Of a stretch of DNA of 64,000 nucleotides, positions 8,969 to 18,606 are shown piece after piece. The stretch is from NCBI GenBank assembly GCA_021794075.1, contig JAJYRM010000009.1:2523-66522 (forward strand). Direction: 5' to 3'. The notes beneath the pieces were generated by a model. It saw only the letters and a program-made list of their open reading frames with translations, searched no databases and was not told the origin of the DNA. Numbering within the stretch: position 1 is the first letter of the stretch; each line of letters begins with the position of its first letter. The DNA is from Bacteroidota bacterium (lineage in GTDB: Bacteria > Bacteroidota > Ignavibacteria > Kryptoniales > JAKASW01). Made by a program: the position numbers and the translations under genes.

Positions 8969-9520
8969 ATGCAAAGCCCTTCCGATATTGAGCTTGTAGA
9001 GAAGGTTAACTCAGGTAATACGAGAGCGTACGCTGAGATTGTCAAGCGGTACGAACAACGTGTGTTCTTCGTTGTCAAGAGGATGCTAAATGACGATGAT
9101 GAATCCTCGGATGCCACGCAGGAGGTATTCATCAAGCTGCATGAGTCTTTGAAGAAGTTCAGAGGTGACGCGAATCTTTACACGTACATTTACCGGATCG
9201 CAACAAACGTAGCAATTAGTTATTTAAGGAAGAGGAAAGTAAGAGCAGTTGTAAGGCTGGATGAAATGGTTTCTAACATGTTGACGGGCGGAAACGATCC
9301 TCAGCGAGAATCAGATCAGGGTGAGTTGAGGAAGTTGGTATCGGAGGCGGTGGCAGCGCTGCCGGCTCAGCAGAAACAAGTCTTCATTTTGAGATTTTAC
9401 GAAGAGCTTTCGTATGAGGAGATCGCGCAGATTATGCACCGATCTATGGGGGCCATGAAAGCAAATTATTTCCATGCGATGAAGAAAATAGGAGACCATC
9501 TGAAAAATGCGATGCGATGA
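8969..9520 (+). CDS. ECF RNA polymerase sigma-70 factor
   Basis: Region 2 (DATQEVFIK...FRGDANLYTYIYRIATN) and region 4 (LP...VFILRFYEELSYEEIA). Confidence 0.95.
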   Translation: MQSPSDIELVEKVNSGNTRAYAEIVKRYEQRVFFVVKRMLNDDDESSDATQEVFIKLHESLKKFRGDANLYTYIYRIATNVAISYLRKRKVRAVVRLDEMVSNMLTGGNDPQRESDQGELRKLVSEAVAALPAQQKQVFILRFYEELSYEEIAQIMHRSMGAMKANYFHAMKKIGDHLKNAMR

Positions 9521-10082
9521 TGTTAAGGTCAATTTGCCGGATTATCTCCTGGACAAGGTTGAACCGAATCTCATGAGATGCATCGAAGCCCATCTCGAAG
9601 TGTGCGCAGGATGCAGCGCCGAACTTGAAGAGATGAAGGATCCGATCAAGGTGCTGGGTGAGGTCGGTCATGAAGAGTATCCCGAAACTTTCTGGCAGGA
9701 GCTTCATTCTTCTATAATGGCAAAAGTTGAGGAACAGGCGCCGCCGGAGAGGTGGAAGATGCCTGCGTTTGCTGGAGCGCTTGCCGCCCTCCTGTTGATC
9801 GTGGGCGTTGGCGTGTTCGAGTTGGCGCACCGGCCCGCTTCACAGCCGCGGAGCATTGCGGCGCTCGCGACAAAGTTATCGCCCGAAGAGGCGGTCGCGC
9901 TTCCAAGCATGAACGTTAATTATGTGGATGCCGTATCTTCGCAGGCCAGTGTTCTCGACGAAATGGACGCTGTGGATGATTCTCTGCAGGAAGCGGTCGT
10001 GAACGAGCTTTGGAACTCTATGAGCGACTCCGCCGGCGCGCTCGACGCGGCTTACAATTCAGTCAGCGGTTATTCCAATTGA
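9507..10082 (+). CDS. Membrane anti-sigma factor with zf-HC2/ZAS domain
   Basis: HLEVCAGC (H-x3-C-x2-C), one TM helix; overlaps the sigma gene. Confidence 0.88.
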   Translation: MRCDDVKVNLPDYLLDKVEPNLMRCIEAHLEVCAGCSAELEEMKDPIKVLGEVGHEEYPETFWQELHSSIMAKVEEQAPPERWKMPAFAGALAALLLIVGVGVFELAHRPASQPRSIAALATKLSPEEAVALPSMNVNYVDAVSSQASVLDEMDAVDDSLQEAVVNELWNSMSDSAGALDAAYNSVSGYSN

Positions 10083-10092
10083 AAGGTAAGAA

Positions 10093-10656
10093 ATGAATAA
10101 TGTCATACTGCTCATGGCCGTTGCGGCACTCATTCCGATTTCATCCGGGCGGGCACAAACGCTCGCGATGGATGCGTTTCAACAAAACGCTGGAGATCCT
10201 CCCGGCTACGCTCAGAAAGGTCCGAGGCCCTTTCAGGGGAGGATGAGGAAAGATTCGGAGATTAGAAGACAGCTCGAACAGATCAAGATATGGCAAATGA
10301 CGAAGGAGATGAATCTCCCAACTGATAAGGCTGAAAAATTCTTCCCGCTTTATAACAAGTATACAGAAGAGATGAGGACCATAACTACCGAAAGAGTGAA
10401 AGCCATAAACGCATTGGATTCTTCGATGCGCGACAACGTCGGAGACGCTGAGATTAATGTTCAAATTAAACGCATACTCGACTATGATGATGAACTCGCT
10501 TCGACACACGCTAAATTTATTAGCGCTCTGGGTGGAATCTTATCGCCGACCGAGGTCGCGCGCTATATGGTCTTCGAGCAGAGATTCGACAGGGAAATAC
10601 GTGAGAGAATTCGGGGCATGATGATGCGTCATCGCATGGAGGGACCGGGTCGCTGA
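10093..10656 (+). CDS. Exported Spy/CpxP-like helical protein
   Basis: Signal peptide, NLPTDKAEKFFPLY, ILSPTE repeat-like motif; third gene of the ECF operon. Confidence 0.7.
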   Translation: MNNVILLMAVAALIPISSGRAQTLAMDAFQQNAGDPPGYAQKGPRPFQGRMRKDSEIRRQLEQIKIWQMTKEMNLPTDKAEKFFPLYNKYTEEMRTITTERVKAINALDSSMRDNVGDAEINVQIKRILDYDDELASTHAKFISALGGILSPTEVARYMVFEQRFDREIRERIRGMMMRHRMEGPGR

Positions 10657-10968
10657 TCTCAAGGAGATAATGCCAAATGTCAGTGTGAAGCGAACCCTCG
10701 CGAATGTATGAGAAGGGTCGATCACGTTCTCCCGAAAGGTTCCTTAAATAGCCTGAACGCCACGGACTCGGATAATCTCTAATATCAGCGTGGAAGACCA
10801 CCTTAATCGAATGAGATAGTTGAGACTTTCGCGGGCTGAATTCTAAGCCTGACATGCATGAATGTCGGGCCAATTCCTTCTCTTCCAATTTCTCTTCCTT
10901 TTAAATCCCACCACCGTGACTTAAATTCTGTCTCGTAAAAACAGAGACAACCAACACTTTATCGAAAC

Positions 10969-11898
10969 TTGAGATCTAAAGTTCTTTTGCACATAGCCGT
11001 GCTAGTCGCGCTTATCGCCATGTTGAAGATCTTCGCGCAAAGGGCAATCGCCCACGATTCCGAGACGGGTATACTAACTTTCCGAAACATCCCTCTCGGG
11101 GCTGTGGTTCTTCTTGCAGTTGTCCTGATAGAACTGTTCAATAGGAGGCTTCCGATATTTCCGTATATCCTCGTGGTTGGTTCAGCCTTCGCCTTTTTTG
11201 CCGCTTCTTTCTACCTTCCCCCTAAGGGCCATTCTCACGAAGTCGCCATCGTGATCGCGTACCTCGCACTTCTGTTCTTGGTTTCGACGGCGCTGATTGT
11301 ACCGTTCTCTTCAAATGTAAGAGTAGCAAACATTCTGGTAGTTCTCGTATTGATTTCAGGGATAGCTACGATTGCCGGATTCATAAACACATTTTCAAAT
11401 AGCGGCAGGTTTGATGGCAAGCCGGAGGCCGATGCAGCGGTGGTTTTGGGGAGCAGCGTTATCGGTCCTTACACACCTAGCCCAGACCTTAAAGGGAGGC
11501 TGGACGCGGCCGCCGAGCTTTACGATAAAGATGAGGCGAAGAAGATAGCAGTCACCGGCGGCACGAGACGGTTCGGCACATTTGAGTCCGAAATCGGGGC
11601 GAGATACCTTGAACATATCGGCATTCCCGTCTCGGCAATTATCACAGAAGACAAAACAGAGAATACCATCGAGCAGGTGATTTATGCCAAGAGACATTTG
11701 ATTGGCAAGTTGAAGATGAAGAGAATAGTGATCGTCAGCGATGGCTGGCACCTGCCGAGGGCGCTCCTGATGTGCAAATGGCTGAATGTTAAAGCGGAAG
11801 GTTATGCGAGCAAGTACAAGATGTCGTTTCAGTCGGAGCTGTTCAATCGGTTCCGTGAATCTGCCGGATTGCAGGCATATATGTTATTTGGAGCTTGA
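10969..11898 (+). CDS. Membrane protein with YdcF/DUF218 (ElyC/SanA) domain
   Basis: About 5 N-terminal TMs; VVLG, GRLDAA, VTGG, E-x4-NT, VSDGWHLPRA. Confidence 0.85.
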   Translation: MRSKVLLHIAVLVALIAMLKIFAQRAIAHDSETGILTFRNIPLGAVVLLAVVLIELFNRRLPIFPYILVVGSAFAFFAASFYLPPKGHSHEVAIVIAYLALLFLVSTALIVPFSSNVRVANILVVLVLISGIATIAGFINTFSNSGRFDGKPEADAAVVLGSSVIGPYTPSPDLKGRLDAAAELYDKDEAKKIAVTGGTRRFGTFESEIGARYLEHIGIPVSAIITEDKTENTIEQVIYAKRHLIGKLKMKRIVIVSDGWHLPRALLMCKWLNVKAEGYASKYKMSFQSELFNRFRESAGLQAYMLFGA

Positions 11899-11946
11899 GA
11901 ATTTCTTCATGAAAAGTGAAATAAATAATCACGGGCGGAGTTCTAT

Positions 11947-12414
11947 ATGACTTCTCAGCGAAGACTCGCCAGGGAGCGCGTTCTTCAGGCGCTCTACGCA
12001 TACGACCTTTCAAAGTCGGCACCAGACTTCCTGAGCAACGACATTTTCAAGGACCTCGAGGAAGGCGCGCCGATGGAGTTCGCAAAGAAACTTTTCCGCG
12101 ACACGCTTGAAAACCTAGGCTCGCTCGACGTGATACTCCAGGGTCACCTTGAGCATTGGGACATAACCCGGGTGAATCCTATCGACAGGAGCCTGCTCAG
12201 GATGGGGATCGCGGAGATCCTTTACTCGGAGGAGATTCCAACAAAGGTCACTATCAACGAGATCATTGAGCTGGCAAAACGTTACAGCACAGAGGAGAGC
12301 CCGAAATTCGTGAATGGGATACTTGATGCCTCACTGAAAGAGCTGGCCAACGACGGGAAGATTCAGAAAAGCGGGCGAGGACTTATAAACACTTCGACCA
12401 AAAAGAAGCAATGA
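11947..12414 (+). CDS. nusB: Transcription antitermination factor NusB
   Basis: RRLARERVLQALY, IDR-x-LLR, INE-x-IELAK, FVNGILD. Confidence 0.96.
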   Translation: MTSQRRLARERVLQALYAYDLSKSAPDFLSNDIFKDLEEGAPMEFAKKLFRDTLENLGSLDVILQGHLEHWDITRVNPIDRSLLRMGIAEILYSEEIPTKVTINEIIELAKRYSTEESPKFVNGILDASLKELANDGKIQKSGRGLINTSTKKKQ

Positions 12415-13682
12415 TACCCGAGAAGTATTCGCGCGGCACGATTTTCTCCTGGACACTTTTCGATTACGCGCGCACATCTTTCTCGGTAATGGTCAAGACT
12501 GTCGGTTTCGCGCTTTACTTTCAGGCTATCGTAGCCGGAAGTACCGGCCGGGGAGATTTTTTTTGGGGGTTGGCAGACAGCCTTTCCATGATAATTGCCG
12601 CGGGGCTTTCACCTGTGCTGGGGGCGGCCAGCGACTACTCACATAAGCGGAAGAGATTCCTTCTCGCGTTTTCCGCTCTTTGTATAACAGGAACAGCGGC
12701 TCTCTACTGGATTGAAAAGGGTATGATACTCCCCGGCATGCTTGTCTTCATTGCGTCCAATGTCGGCTTCCAGGGAGGATATACGTTCTACGATGCTTTT
12801 CTTCCCGAGATTGCTCCGAAGCATATCTATGGGCGCGTGTCGGGATATGGATTCGGCATGGGGTATCTAGGCGCACTTTCGATTCTTGCTTTATCTTATC
12901 CCTTGATCGAAGGCGGATTTTCCCCGTCGAATATTCATAATTTCAGATTAAGCTTCCTCCTCGCCGCGGGATTTTTCGCCGTCTTTTCAGTGCCGGCCTT
13001 CCTCGTGCTGCGCGATCACACCGGCGTCTCTCACCGGAAGGTTCCATACTTCCGTCTCGGTTTAAGGCGCGCGGTAAGAACATTCAGAAGACTTGGCCAG
13101 TACAAGGCCTTGTCGAGATTTCTCCTCTCGTTTTTTCTTTATATCGATGGGGTAAACACCGTGATTTTCTTTTCAGCGCTCTACGCGCGCGGTACGCTTG
13201 GGTTCACCCCGGTCGATGTGATCATCTTCTTCATCGTGGCACAGACGACTGCGATCCTTGGATCGATAGTCTTTGGTGTTTTAACCGACCACTGGGGACC
13301 AAAAAAGAGCATTAATATCACGCTGATCGTTTGGATAGCCGTGGTGCTGGGAGCCTTTTTCATTAAGTCAAAAACGGAGTTCTACGTCATCGGTCTCTTC
13401 GCGGGCGCGGCGATAGGCTCATCGCAGTCGTCGAGCCGAAGTCTGATGGCGCTCCTTACGCCCCCCGAGCACGCGGCAGAGTTTTTCGGTTTTTACGACG
13501 GGATAGCCGGAAACGCGTCGGCGATTATGGGCCCGTTGACCTTCGGCGCAATTTCCAGTTTCACGGGGAGTCAGAGGATCGCGGTCCTTTCAGTGCTGAT
13601 ATTTTTTGTCCTCGGACTTATATTCCTTCAACAAGTGAAGGTCCAGTGGGAGAGCAGAACTCAAGCCACGCTGGAGAATTAA
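12411..13682 (+). CDS. MFS transporter, UMF1/Atg22-like family
   Basis: About 12 TM; SW-x-LFD, FYDAFLPEIA, GRVSGYGFGMGY, SRSL, AEFFGFY. Confidence 0.88.
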   Translation: MIPEKYSRGTIFSWTLFDYARTSFSVMVKTVGFALYFQAIVAGSTGRGDFFWGLADSLSMIIAAGLSPVLGAASDYSHKRKRFLLAFSALCITGTAALYWIEKGMILPGMLVFIASNVGFQGGYTFYDAFLPEIAPKHIYGRVSGYGFGMGYLGALSILALSYPLIEGGFSPSNIHNFRLSFLLAAGFFAVFSVPAFLVLRDHTGVSHRKVPYFRLGLRRAVRTFRRLGQYKALSRFLLSFFLYIDGVNTVIFFSALYARGTLGFTPVDVIIFFIVAQTTAILGSIVFGVLTDHWGPKKSINITLIVWIAVVLGAFFIKSKTEFYVIGLFAGAAIGSSQSSSRSLMALLTPPEHAAEFFGFYDGIAGNASAIMGPLTFGAISSFTGSQRIAVLSVLIFFVLGLIFLQQVKVQWESRTQATLEN

Positions 13683-13683
13683 A

Positions 13684-14088
13684 ATGAATATCCTTTTGTT
13701 GCTTATGATAATGATGAATAGCCTATTTGCGCCGTCTCAACAGGTCAAAGTGTTCGTTAAGCCTGAGGCTTTGAAGATTCAAGTCGGAAGTAGTGACGTG
13801 TTTGATCTCCGGTTGCAGGCTGGTGAGGGAATACACGTGAATACGCGACCCTCTATCACAATCGAGTCTCAAACGAAAGGGGTGGAGCTTTCCATCAAGG
13901 AGATTTCGAAATCGGGAGAGTATCTCGACCTTGAAAAGGCGATCGAGATTAGTTGCAAGACAGTCGGATTGGCTCCCGGCGAGTACCGAGCCGATTTCGC
14001 CGTCGGCTTTACTTACTGCAACGACAACGAAGGATGGTGCAGGCTTGGCAAGGATTCCTCTTCCATCGAAATCGAAGTAGTCAAGTAA
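13684..14088 (+). CDS. Exported DsbD N-terminal-domain-like protein
   Basis: Signal-like N-terminus, GIHVN, and C-terminal FTYC-x6-C similar to the DsbD-alpha active site. Confidence 0.6.
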   Translation: MNILLLLMIMMNSLFAPSQQVKVFVKPEALKIQVGSSDVFDLRLQAGEGIHVNTRPSITIESQTKGVELSIKEISKSGEYLDLEKAIEISCKTVGLAPGEYRADFAVGFTYCNDNEGWCRLGKDSSSIEIEVVK

Positions 14089-14826
14089 TTGAAGCCTGTC
14101 TATTTTGTGTCTGACATACACCTCGGTGCGCCGTCGCTCAGTTCGGATTTTGAGGAGAAGAGGAAAGATGAGCTTCTCAGATTTTTTGGAAAGGTTGAAG
14201 AAACAGGAAGTCGGATGGTCATTGTGGGCGACCTTTTTGACTTTTGGTATGAGTATAAGCACGTTGTCCCGAAGAAATTCTTCTGGCTATACGCTAAACT
14301 CAAAGAGATGACTGATCGCGGGATTCCGATCGATTATATCGCGGGCAATCATGATTTTTATCAGGGAGAATTCTTCAGGAATTCCATAGGACTGAGGGTG
14401 CATCAGGATGGATTCTCTGAAGAGATCGGCGGCAGAAAATTCCTTGTCATCCACGGAGACGGACTCGCCTTGAAAGACACCGGCTATAGGATCCTGAAGA
14501 AGATCTTGCGGAACAGTTTCGTTCAGAGATTGATTAGATGGGTTCACCCGGACGTAGGATTTTGGTTGGCTCATGCCTTTTCCAAGAAGAGCAGGGAATA
14601 TACGACCAGCAAGGATTTTGGCGAGACCGACGGAATGCTTCTCTTTGCAGAGAAGAAGTTGAATGAGGGATATGATTACGTGATAATGGGACACAATCAT
14701 CTGCCGAAATTTGAGCGCTTCGGGAAAGGAATTTATATGAATTTGGGCGATTGGCTCGCTAATTTCACATACGGTGTTTATGATGGCGATGAACTGCAGC
14801 TACTGAAATGGGAATTTGAGAAATGA
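14089..14826 (+). CDS. lpxH: UDP-2,3-diacylglucosamine diphosphatase
   Basis: Calcineurin-like motifs SDIHLG, GDLFDFWYE, GNHD, HGDG, GHNH, NLGDW. Confidence 0.85.
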   Translation: MKPVYFVSDIHLGAPSLSSDFEEKRKDELLRFFGKVEETGSRMVIVGDLFDFWYEYKHVVPKKFFWLYAKLKEMTDRGIPIDYIAGNHDFYQGEFFRNSIGLRVHQDGFSEEIGGRKFLVIHGDGLALKDTGYRILKKILRNSFVQRLIRWVHPDVGFWLAHAFSKKSREYTTSKDFGETDGMLLFAEKKLNEGYDYVIMGHNHLPKFERFGKGIYMNLGDWLANFTYGVYDGDELQLLKWEFEK

Positions 14827-17099
14827 AATCGCGTTATTCAAAGGAAGAGATGGACAGGTATTTTAACGATCCCGAATTCAGGAAATCAGCCGGTGGAAGA
14901 GGTATGAAGAAGATCAACGCCCAGAAACTCGCATTCAAGCTCGGTATTTGGACCGCGATTATTGTCGGTCTGATATTTTACGGCATGTATATCATTCATG
15001 GACTTCCTTCATTGGAGGAACTTGAAAACCCCAAGCCTGAGCTCGCGACTAGGGTGCTATCCGCCGACGGGCAGGTGATCGACCAGTTTTATCTTAAGAA
15101 TCGCGCAGTCGCCGATGTCAAGACTCTCCCACCATATGTAATTCAGGCGCTCATCGCGACGGAGGACAAGAAATTCTACAGCCATTGGGGCCTCGACCCT
15201 ATTCGCATACTCAGCGCGTTTGTAACCGACCTTGTCCACATGCGGATCATGGAAGGAGCCAGTACGATCACGCAGCAACTCGCGAGGAACCTGTATCTGA
15301 ACCAGGAAGTCACTTTGACACGGAAGATCAGGGAGGCCATCACCGCTGTTCAGATCGAACGCACATACACGAAGCAGGAAATACTTGATATGTACCTGAA
15401 CGACGTCTATTTCGGCAGAGGCGCGTATGGGATTGAGTCTGCTTCCCAGCTATACTTTGACGAGCCTTCTTCAGACCTAACTATGCCGCAGGCCGCCCTT
15501 CTGATAGGGATGTTGAGGTCGCCCGGGAGATTCGATCCCGTCACACACCCGGCGCGCGCAAACATGATCAAGAATGTCGTTTTGAGGAACCTGCATGAAG
15601 ACGGCAACATTTCCGAGGCCACGATGGACAAGGAGATGAAGGCACCGATCAATCTTAAGTACCATGGCCCTTCAACTGGTCTGGCCCCGAGCTTTGTTGA
15701 GATGGTGAGGCAGGAGCTCGAGAAGAAAGCAGAGAAATATGGCTTCGACATTTACCGCGATGGGCTGACCGTGTACACCACGCTAGATTCGAGGATGCAG
15801 GCGTACGCGGACAGCGCTGTGGCGGACCACCTGCGAAAGTACCAGCAGATATTTGACGAGCACTGGCACTGGAGTGAGAACCAGGCAACTCTCCAAGCGG
15901 CCCTTGACAAGGCGATCAAGGACCTTCCTGAATACCGTGATGCCTCGACCGACGCGGAGAAGAACGCGATTTACAAACAGCTCTATAATAACCCGGCATT
16001 CATAGACTCAGTGAAGAAGGCAGAGCAAAGGATACAGGTAGGGTTTGTATGCATTAATCCGCAGGACGGACACATAAAAGCGATGGTCGGATCTTCGAAC
16101 TTCAGACATTTCAGATACGGTTTGAACCACGTCACTCAAATAGCCCGGCAGTGCGGATCGGCATTCAAACCGTTCGTGTACACTGTCGCCGTCGATAACG
16201 GTTATGCCCCTTCGTATAAACTGCTGAACCAACCGGTCACCATCGTTATGCCGGACGGCAAGAGGTGGTCACCAAGAAACGCTGATGGAGAGTTCGGAGG
16301 AGAAGTCACACTACGCGACGCGCTGAAATACTCGATCAACGTCGTGGCGGTGCGTGCCATACAGGAGATCGCCCCGGTTCAGCAGGTAATCGACTACGCG
16401 CACAGAATGGGTATCCAGACTTATATTCCTCCATACGCGTCGATCGCCATGGGAACAAGCCTTGTCGTTCCACTACAACTGGCAACGGCTTACGGTGTCT
16501 TCGCGAATCAGGGAGTCCTTACGAAACCGGTCGGGATATTGAAAATCGAAGACAAGGACGGGAATGTTATTTGGCAGAGTCACACTCAGTCCACCGAAGT
16601 TCTTAGCAAGCAGACCGCCTACTTGATGACCAATATGCTGGAAGGAGTAATCAACGGCGGGACGGGGCAGAGGGTCAGGAATTACTTTTATTTAGATTGC
16701 GCTGGCAAGACAGGCACAACGAACAACTTTGCAGACGCCTGGTTCGAAGGGTACACACCCCAGCTTGTCGCAGGCGTCTGGGTCGGCTTCGACGACGAGA
16801 GAGTGCATTTCACAAACTGGTACGGCCAGGGCGGAACGGCCGCGGCGCCTATTTGGGCAATTTTTATGAGAGACGTTTATGACGATAAGTCGATAGGTCT
16901 CCCCATAACTTCATTTGTGCAGCCGCAGGGAGTCGTCACTGCGACGATATGCGCTCAGACGGGTATGCTGGCGACTCAATTTTGCCCGGACAAGGTGACG
17001 GAAGTATTCAACGCGAAATACCTGCCGCCGGTCTGCAATGTCCACACTTCACCGACCTCGGCAAATGTAAAGAAGCCGACAGGCAAGATAGGTTATTAG
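14823..17099 (+). CDS. Penicillin-binding protein 1A family (transglycosylase-transpeptidase)
   Basis: TM anchor; EDKKFYSHWG, GASTITQQLARN, RKIRE; transpeptidase motifs SAFK, SIN, KTG. Confidence 0.95.
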   Translation: MKSRYSKEEMDRYFNDPEFRKSAGGRGMKKINAQKLAFKLGIWTAIIVGLIFYGMYIIHGLPSLEELENPKPELATRVLSADGQVIDQFYLKNRAVADVKTLPPYVIQALIATEDKKFYSHWGLDPIRILSAFVTDLVHMRIMEGASTITQQLARNLYLNQEVTLTRKIREAITAVQIERTYTKQEILDMYLNDVYFGRGAYGIESASQLYFDEPSSDLTMPQAALLIGMLRSPGRFDPVTHPARANMIKNVVLRNLHEDGNISEATMDKEMKAPINLKYHGPSTGLAPSFVEMVRQELEKKAEKYGFDIYRDGLTVYTTLDSRMQAYADSAVADHLRKYQQIFDEHWHWSENQATLQAALDKAIKDLPEYRDASTDAEKNAIYKQLYNNPAFIDSVKKAEQRIQVGFVCINPQDGHIKAMVGSSNFRHFRYGLNHVTQIARQCGSAFKPFVYTVAVDNGYAPSYKLLNQPVTIVMPDGKRWSPRNADGEFGGEVTLRDALKYSINVVAVRAIQEIAPVQQVIDYAHRMGIQTYIPPYASIAMGTSLVVPLQLATAYGVFANQGVLTKPVGILKIEDKDGNVIWQSHTQSTEVLSKQTAYLMTNMLEGVINGGTGQRVRNYFYLDCAGKTGTTNNFADAWFEGYTPQLVAGVWVGFDDERVHFTNWYGQGGTAAAPIWAIFMRDVYDDKSIGLPITSFVQPQGVVTATICAQTGMLATQFCPDKVTEVFNAKYLPPVCNVHTSPTSANVKKPTGKIGY

Positions 17100-17887
17100 A
17101 ATATCCCTTTGTAAGCTCCGCCGTCGAACTGGATCGTCGAGCCGGTAAGATAACTGTTCTTGTCGGAGCATAAGAAGGTTACCAAGTTCCCGAATTCTTC
17201 GGGCGTACCTAGCCTGCCCAAAGGTATCTCGTTCACAATGTTTTTCATGGCAACTTCCTTAGTAATTCCCAACCTGGTCGCTGGCTGCTCCATAAGGTAG
17301 TCTATCCTTTTTGTCGAGACGTAATACGGGGCAATGTTGTTAACGAGGACGTTATCCCGCGCGAGATCTTTTGAAATCGATTTCGCGAGACCGATAATCG
17401 AAGTACGGACTGAGTTGGAGAGTAGAAGGTTGTCGATCGGCTGCTTCACGGTAAGCGACACTATGTTCACAATCCTTCCCCATCTCTCCTTTTTCATGAA
17501 TGGTGCCGCCTTCCTGATTAGCCGAACCGTGCTCATCAGATTCAACTCAACCGCGCTCATCCATTGATCATCGGTGAAATCATCGAAGCCACCGGCGGGC
17601 GGGCCACCCGCGTTCGTAACTAGAATTTGGACGGTACCGAATCGCGCGGCGATTTCGTCAAACATTCTGTCGATGTCCTCCGCTTTTGTCACGTCGGCCT
17701 GAACAGTAAAAGGAGATTGTCCCGTCCGAGATTTTATTTCCTCGGCGGCATCATTGATGTTCTGTCTGTCGCGCCCATTAATAATCACTTCAGCACCCTC
17801 TGACGCGAGGGCAGCTGCGGTTGCTTTTCCGAGTCCCTTTGTCGAGGCTGCTACCAGGGCAACCTTGCCTTTCAATCCTAAGTCCAT
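17096..17887 (-). CDS. Short-chain dehydrogenase/reductase
   Basis: MDLGLKGKVALV, ASTKGLG, NAGGPP, IPLGRLG-x-PEE. Confidence 0.92.
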   Translation of the reverse strand: MDLGLKGKVALVAASTKGLGKATAAALASEGAEVIINGRDRQNINDAAEEIKSRTGQSPFTVQADVTKAEDIDRMFDEIAARFGTVQILVTNAGGPPAGGFDDFTDDQWMSAVELNLMSTVRLIRKAAPFMKKERWGRIVNIVSLTVKQPIDNLLLSNSVRTSIIGLAKSISKDLARDNVLVNNIAPYYVSTKRIDYLMEQPATRLGITKEVAMKNIVNEIPLGRLGTPEEFGNLVTFLCSDKNSYLTGSTIQFDGGAYKGIF

Positions 17888-17896
17888 CCATTTCTC

Positions 17897-18490
17897 CTAG
17901 TGTTTTGAAATAGCGTCAGTAATTCCAACTCGTATCATCATCACTGCTATGGCGGCAAGAAAAAGCGACGCGACCTTACTGAATGCTCTCGCGCCGGCCG
18001 CTCCCATCAGGCGGTTCACGAGATCGCTATAATTGAAGATTATGTATACGATTGTCAGGTTAGCCGCAAGTGCGAGTGTCGTCAGCACATAGCCGTAAGA
18101 ATTGACGAGTATAAGTATCGTGGTCAGCGCGGCGGGGCCCATAATGAGTGGGATGCCTATCGGAACAACTCCTATGGATCCGCCCGGATCCCTGCGTTGT
18201 TGCTCATGGGCAAATATCAGGTCGTTCACCGAAAGGACGAGAAGAATTATCCCTCCCCCGATTCTGAAATCGCTCAGGGTTATCCCAAGGAAGTTGAATA
18301 TACCCTTGCCTGCGACGATGAAGAGAATGGAGACGGCAAGCGCTGTGAAAGACGCCTCGATAACGAGCGTCCTCCTCTTGCGGGTTTCCAGGCCTGAAGT
18401 AAGAGATAAGAATATCGGTAAGACGCCGATCACGTCTATAGCCACGAACAAAGGAAGGAAGCAATAAAAGAAATCGTTTATGACTTTCAT
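17897..18490 (-). CDS. MarC family integral membrane protein
   Basis: LFVAID-x2-G-x2-PIF, FRIGGG, VVPIGIPL-x2-GP. Confidence 0.92.
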   Translation of the reverse strand: MKVINDFFYCFLPLFVAIDVIGVLPIFLSLTSGLETRKRRTLVIEASFTALAVSILFIVAGKGIFNFLGITLSDFRIGGGIILLVLSVNDLIFAHEQQRRDPGGSIGVVPIGIPLIMGPAALTTILILVNSYGYVLTTLALAANLTIVYIIFNYSDLVNRLMGAAGARAFSKVASLFLAAIAVMMIRVGITDAISKH

Positions 18491-18495
18491 ATGCG

Positions 18496-18524
18496 AAGAT
18501 ATTTGTGTGGTGGCTAAGTTGCAA
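18496..18524 (-). promoter_or_regulatory. Putative sigma70 promoter, leaderless-type, of the MarC gene
   Basis: Minus strand TTGCAA-N17-TATCTT-N5-ATG. Confidence 0.55.
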
Positions 18525-18552
18525 GCGTTGGTGGAGAGAACGAAATGTAGCT

Positions 18553-18592
18553 GAAAGGAAAACGGGAGCCGAAATGGTTACCGAGCTCCCGT
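18553..18592 (-). terminator. Rho-independent terminator after the Spy-like gene
   Basis: Minus strand ACGGGAGC...GCTCCCGT followed by TTTCCTTTC. Confidence 0.7.
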
Positions 18593-18606
18593 CCTAAAGC
18601 GCGAGA

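Noticed and set aside
10670-10747. Selenocysteine read-through of the TGA at 10709
   Set aside because: The extended peptide is only 25 aa, with no redox motif and no convincing SECIS hairpin.
10695-10835. 6S RNA call
   Set aside because: Only ~140 nt, imperfect rod, and no zapA/rny/ygfA context; kept only as an unexplained spacer.
17096-17099. Convergent stop-codon overlap of PBP1A and the SDR gene
   Set aside because: A common feature of compact genomes.
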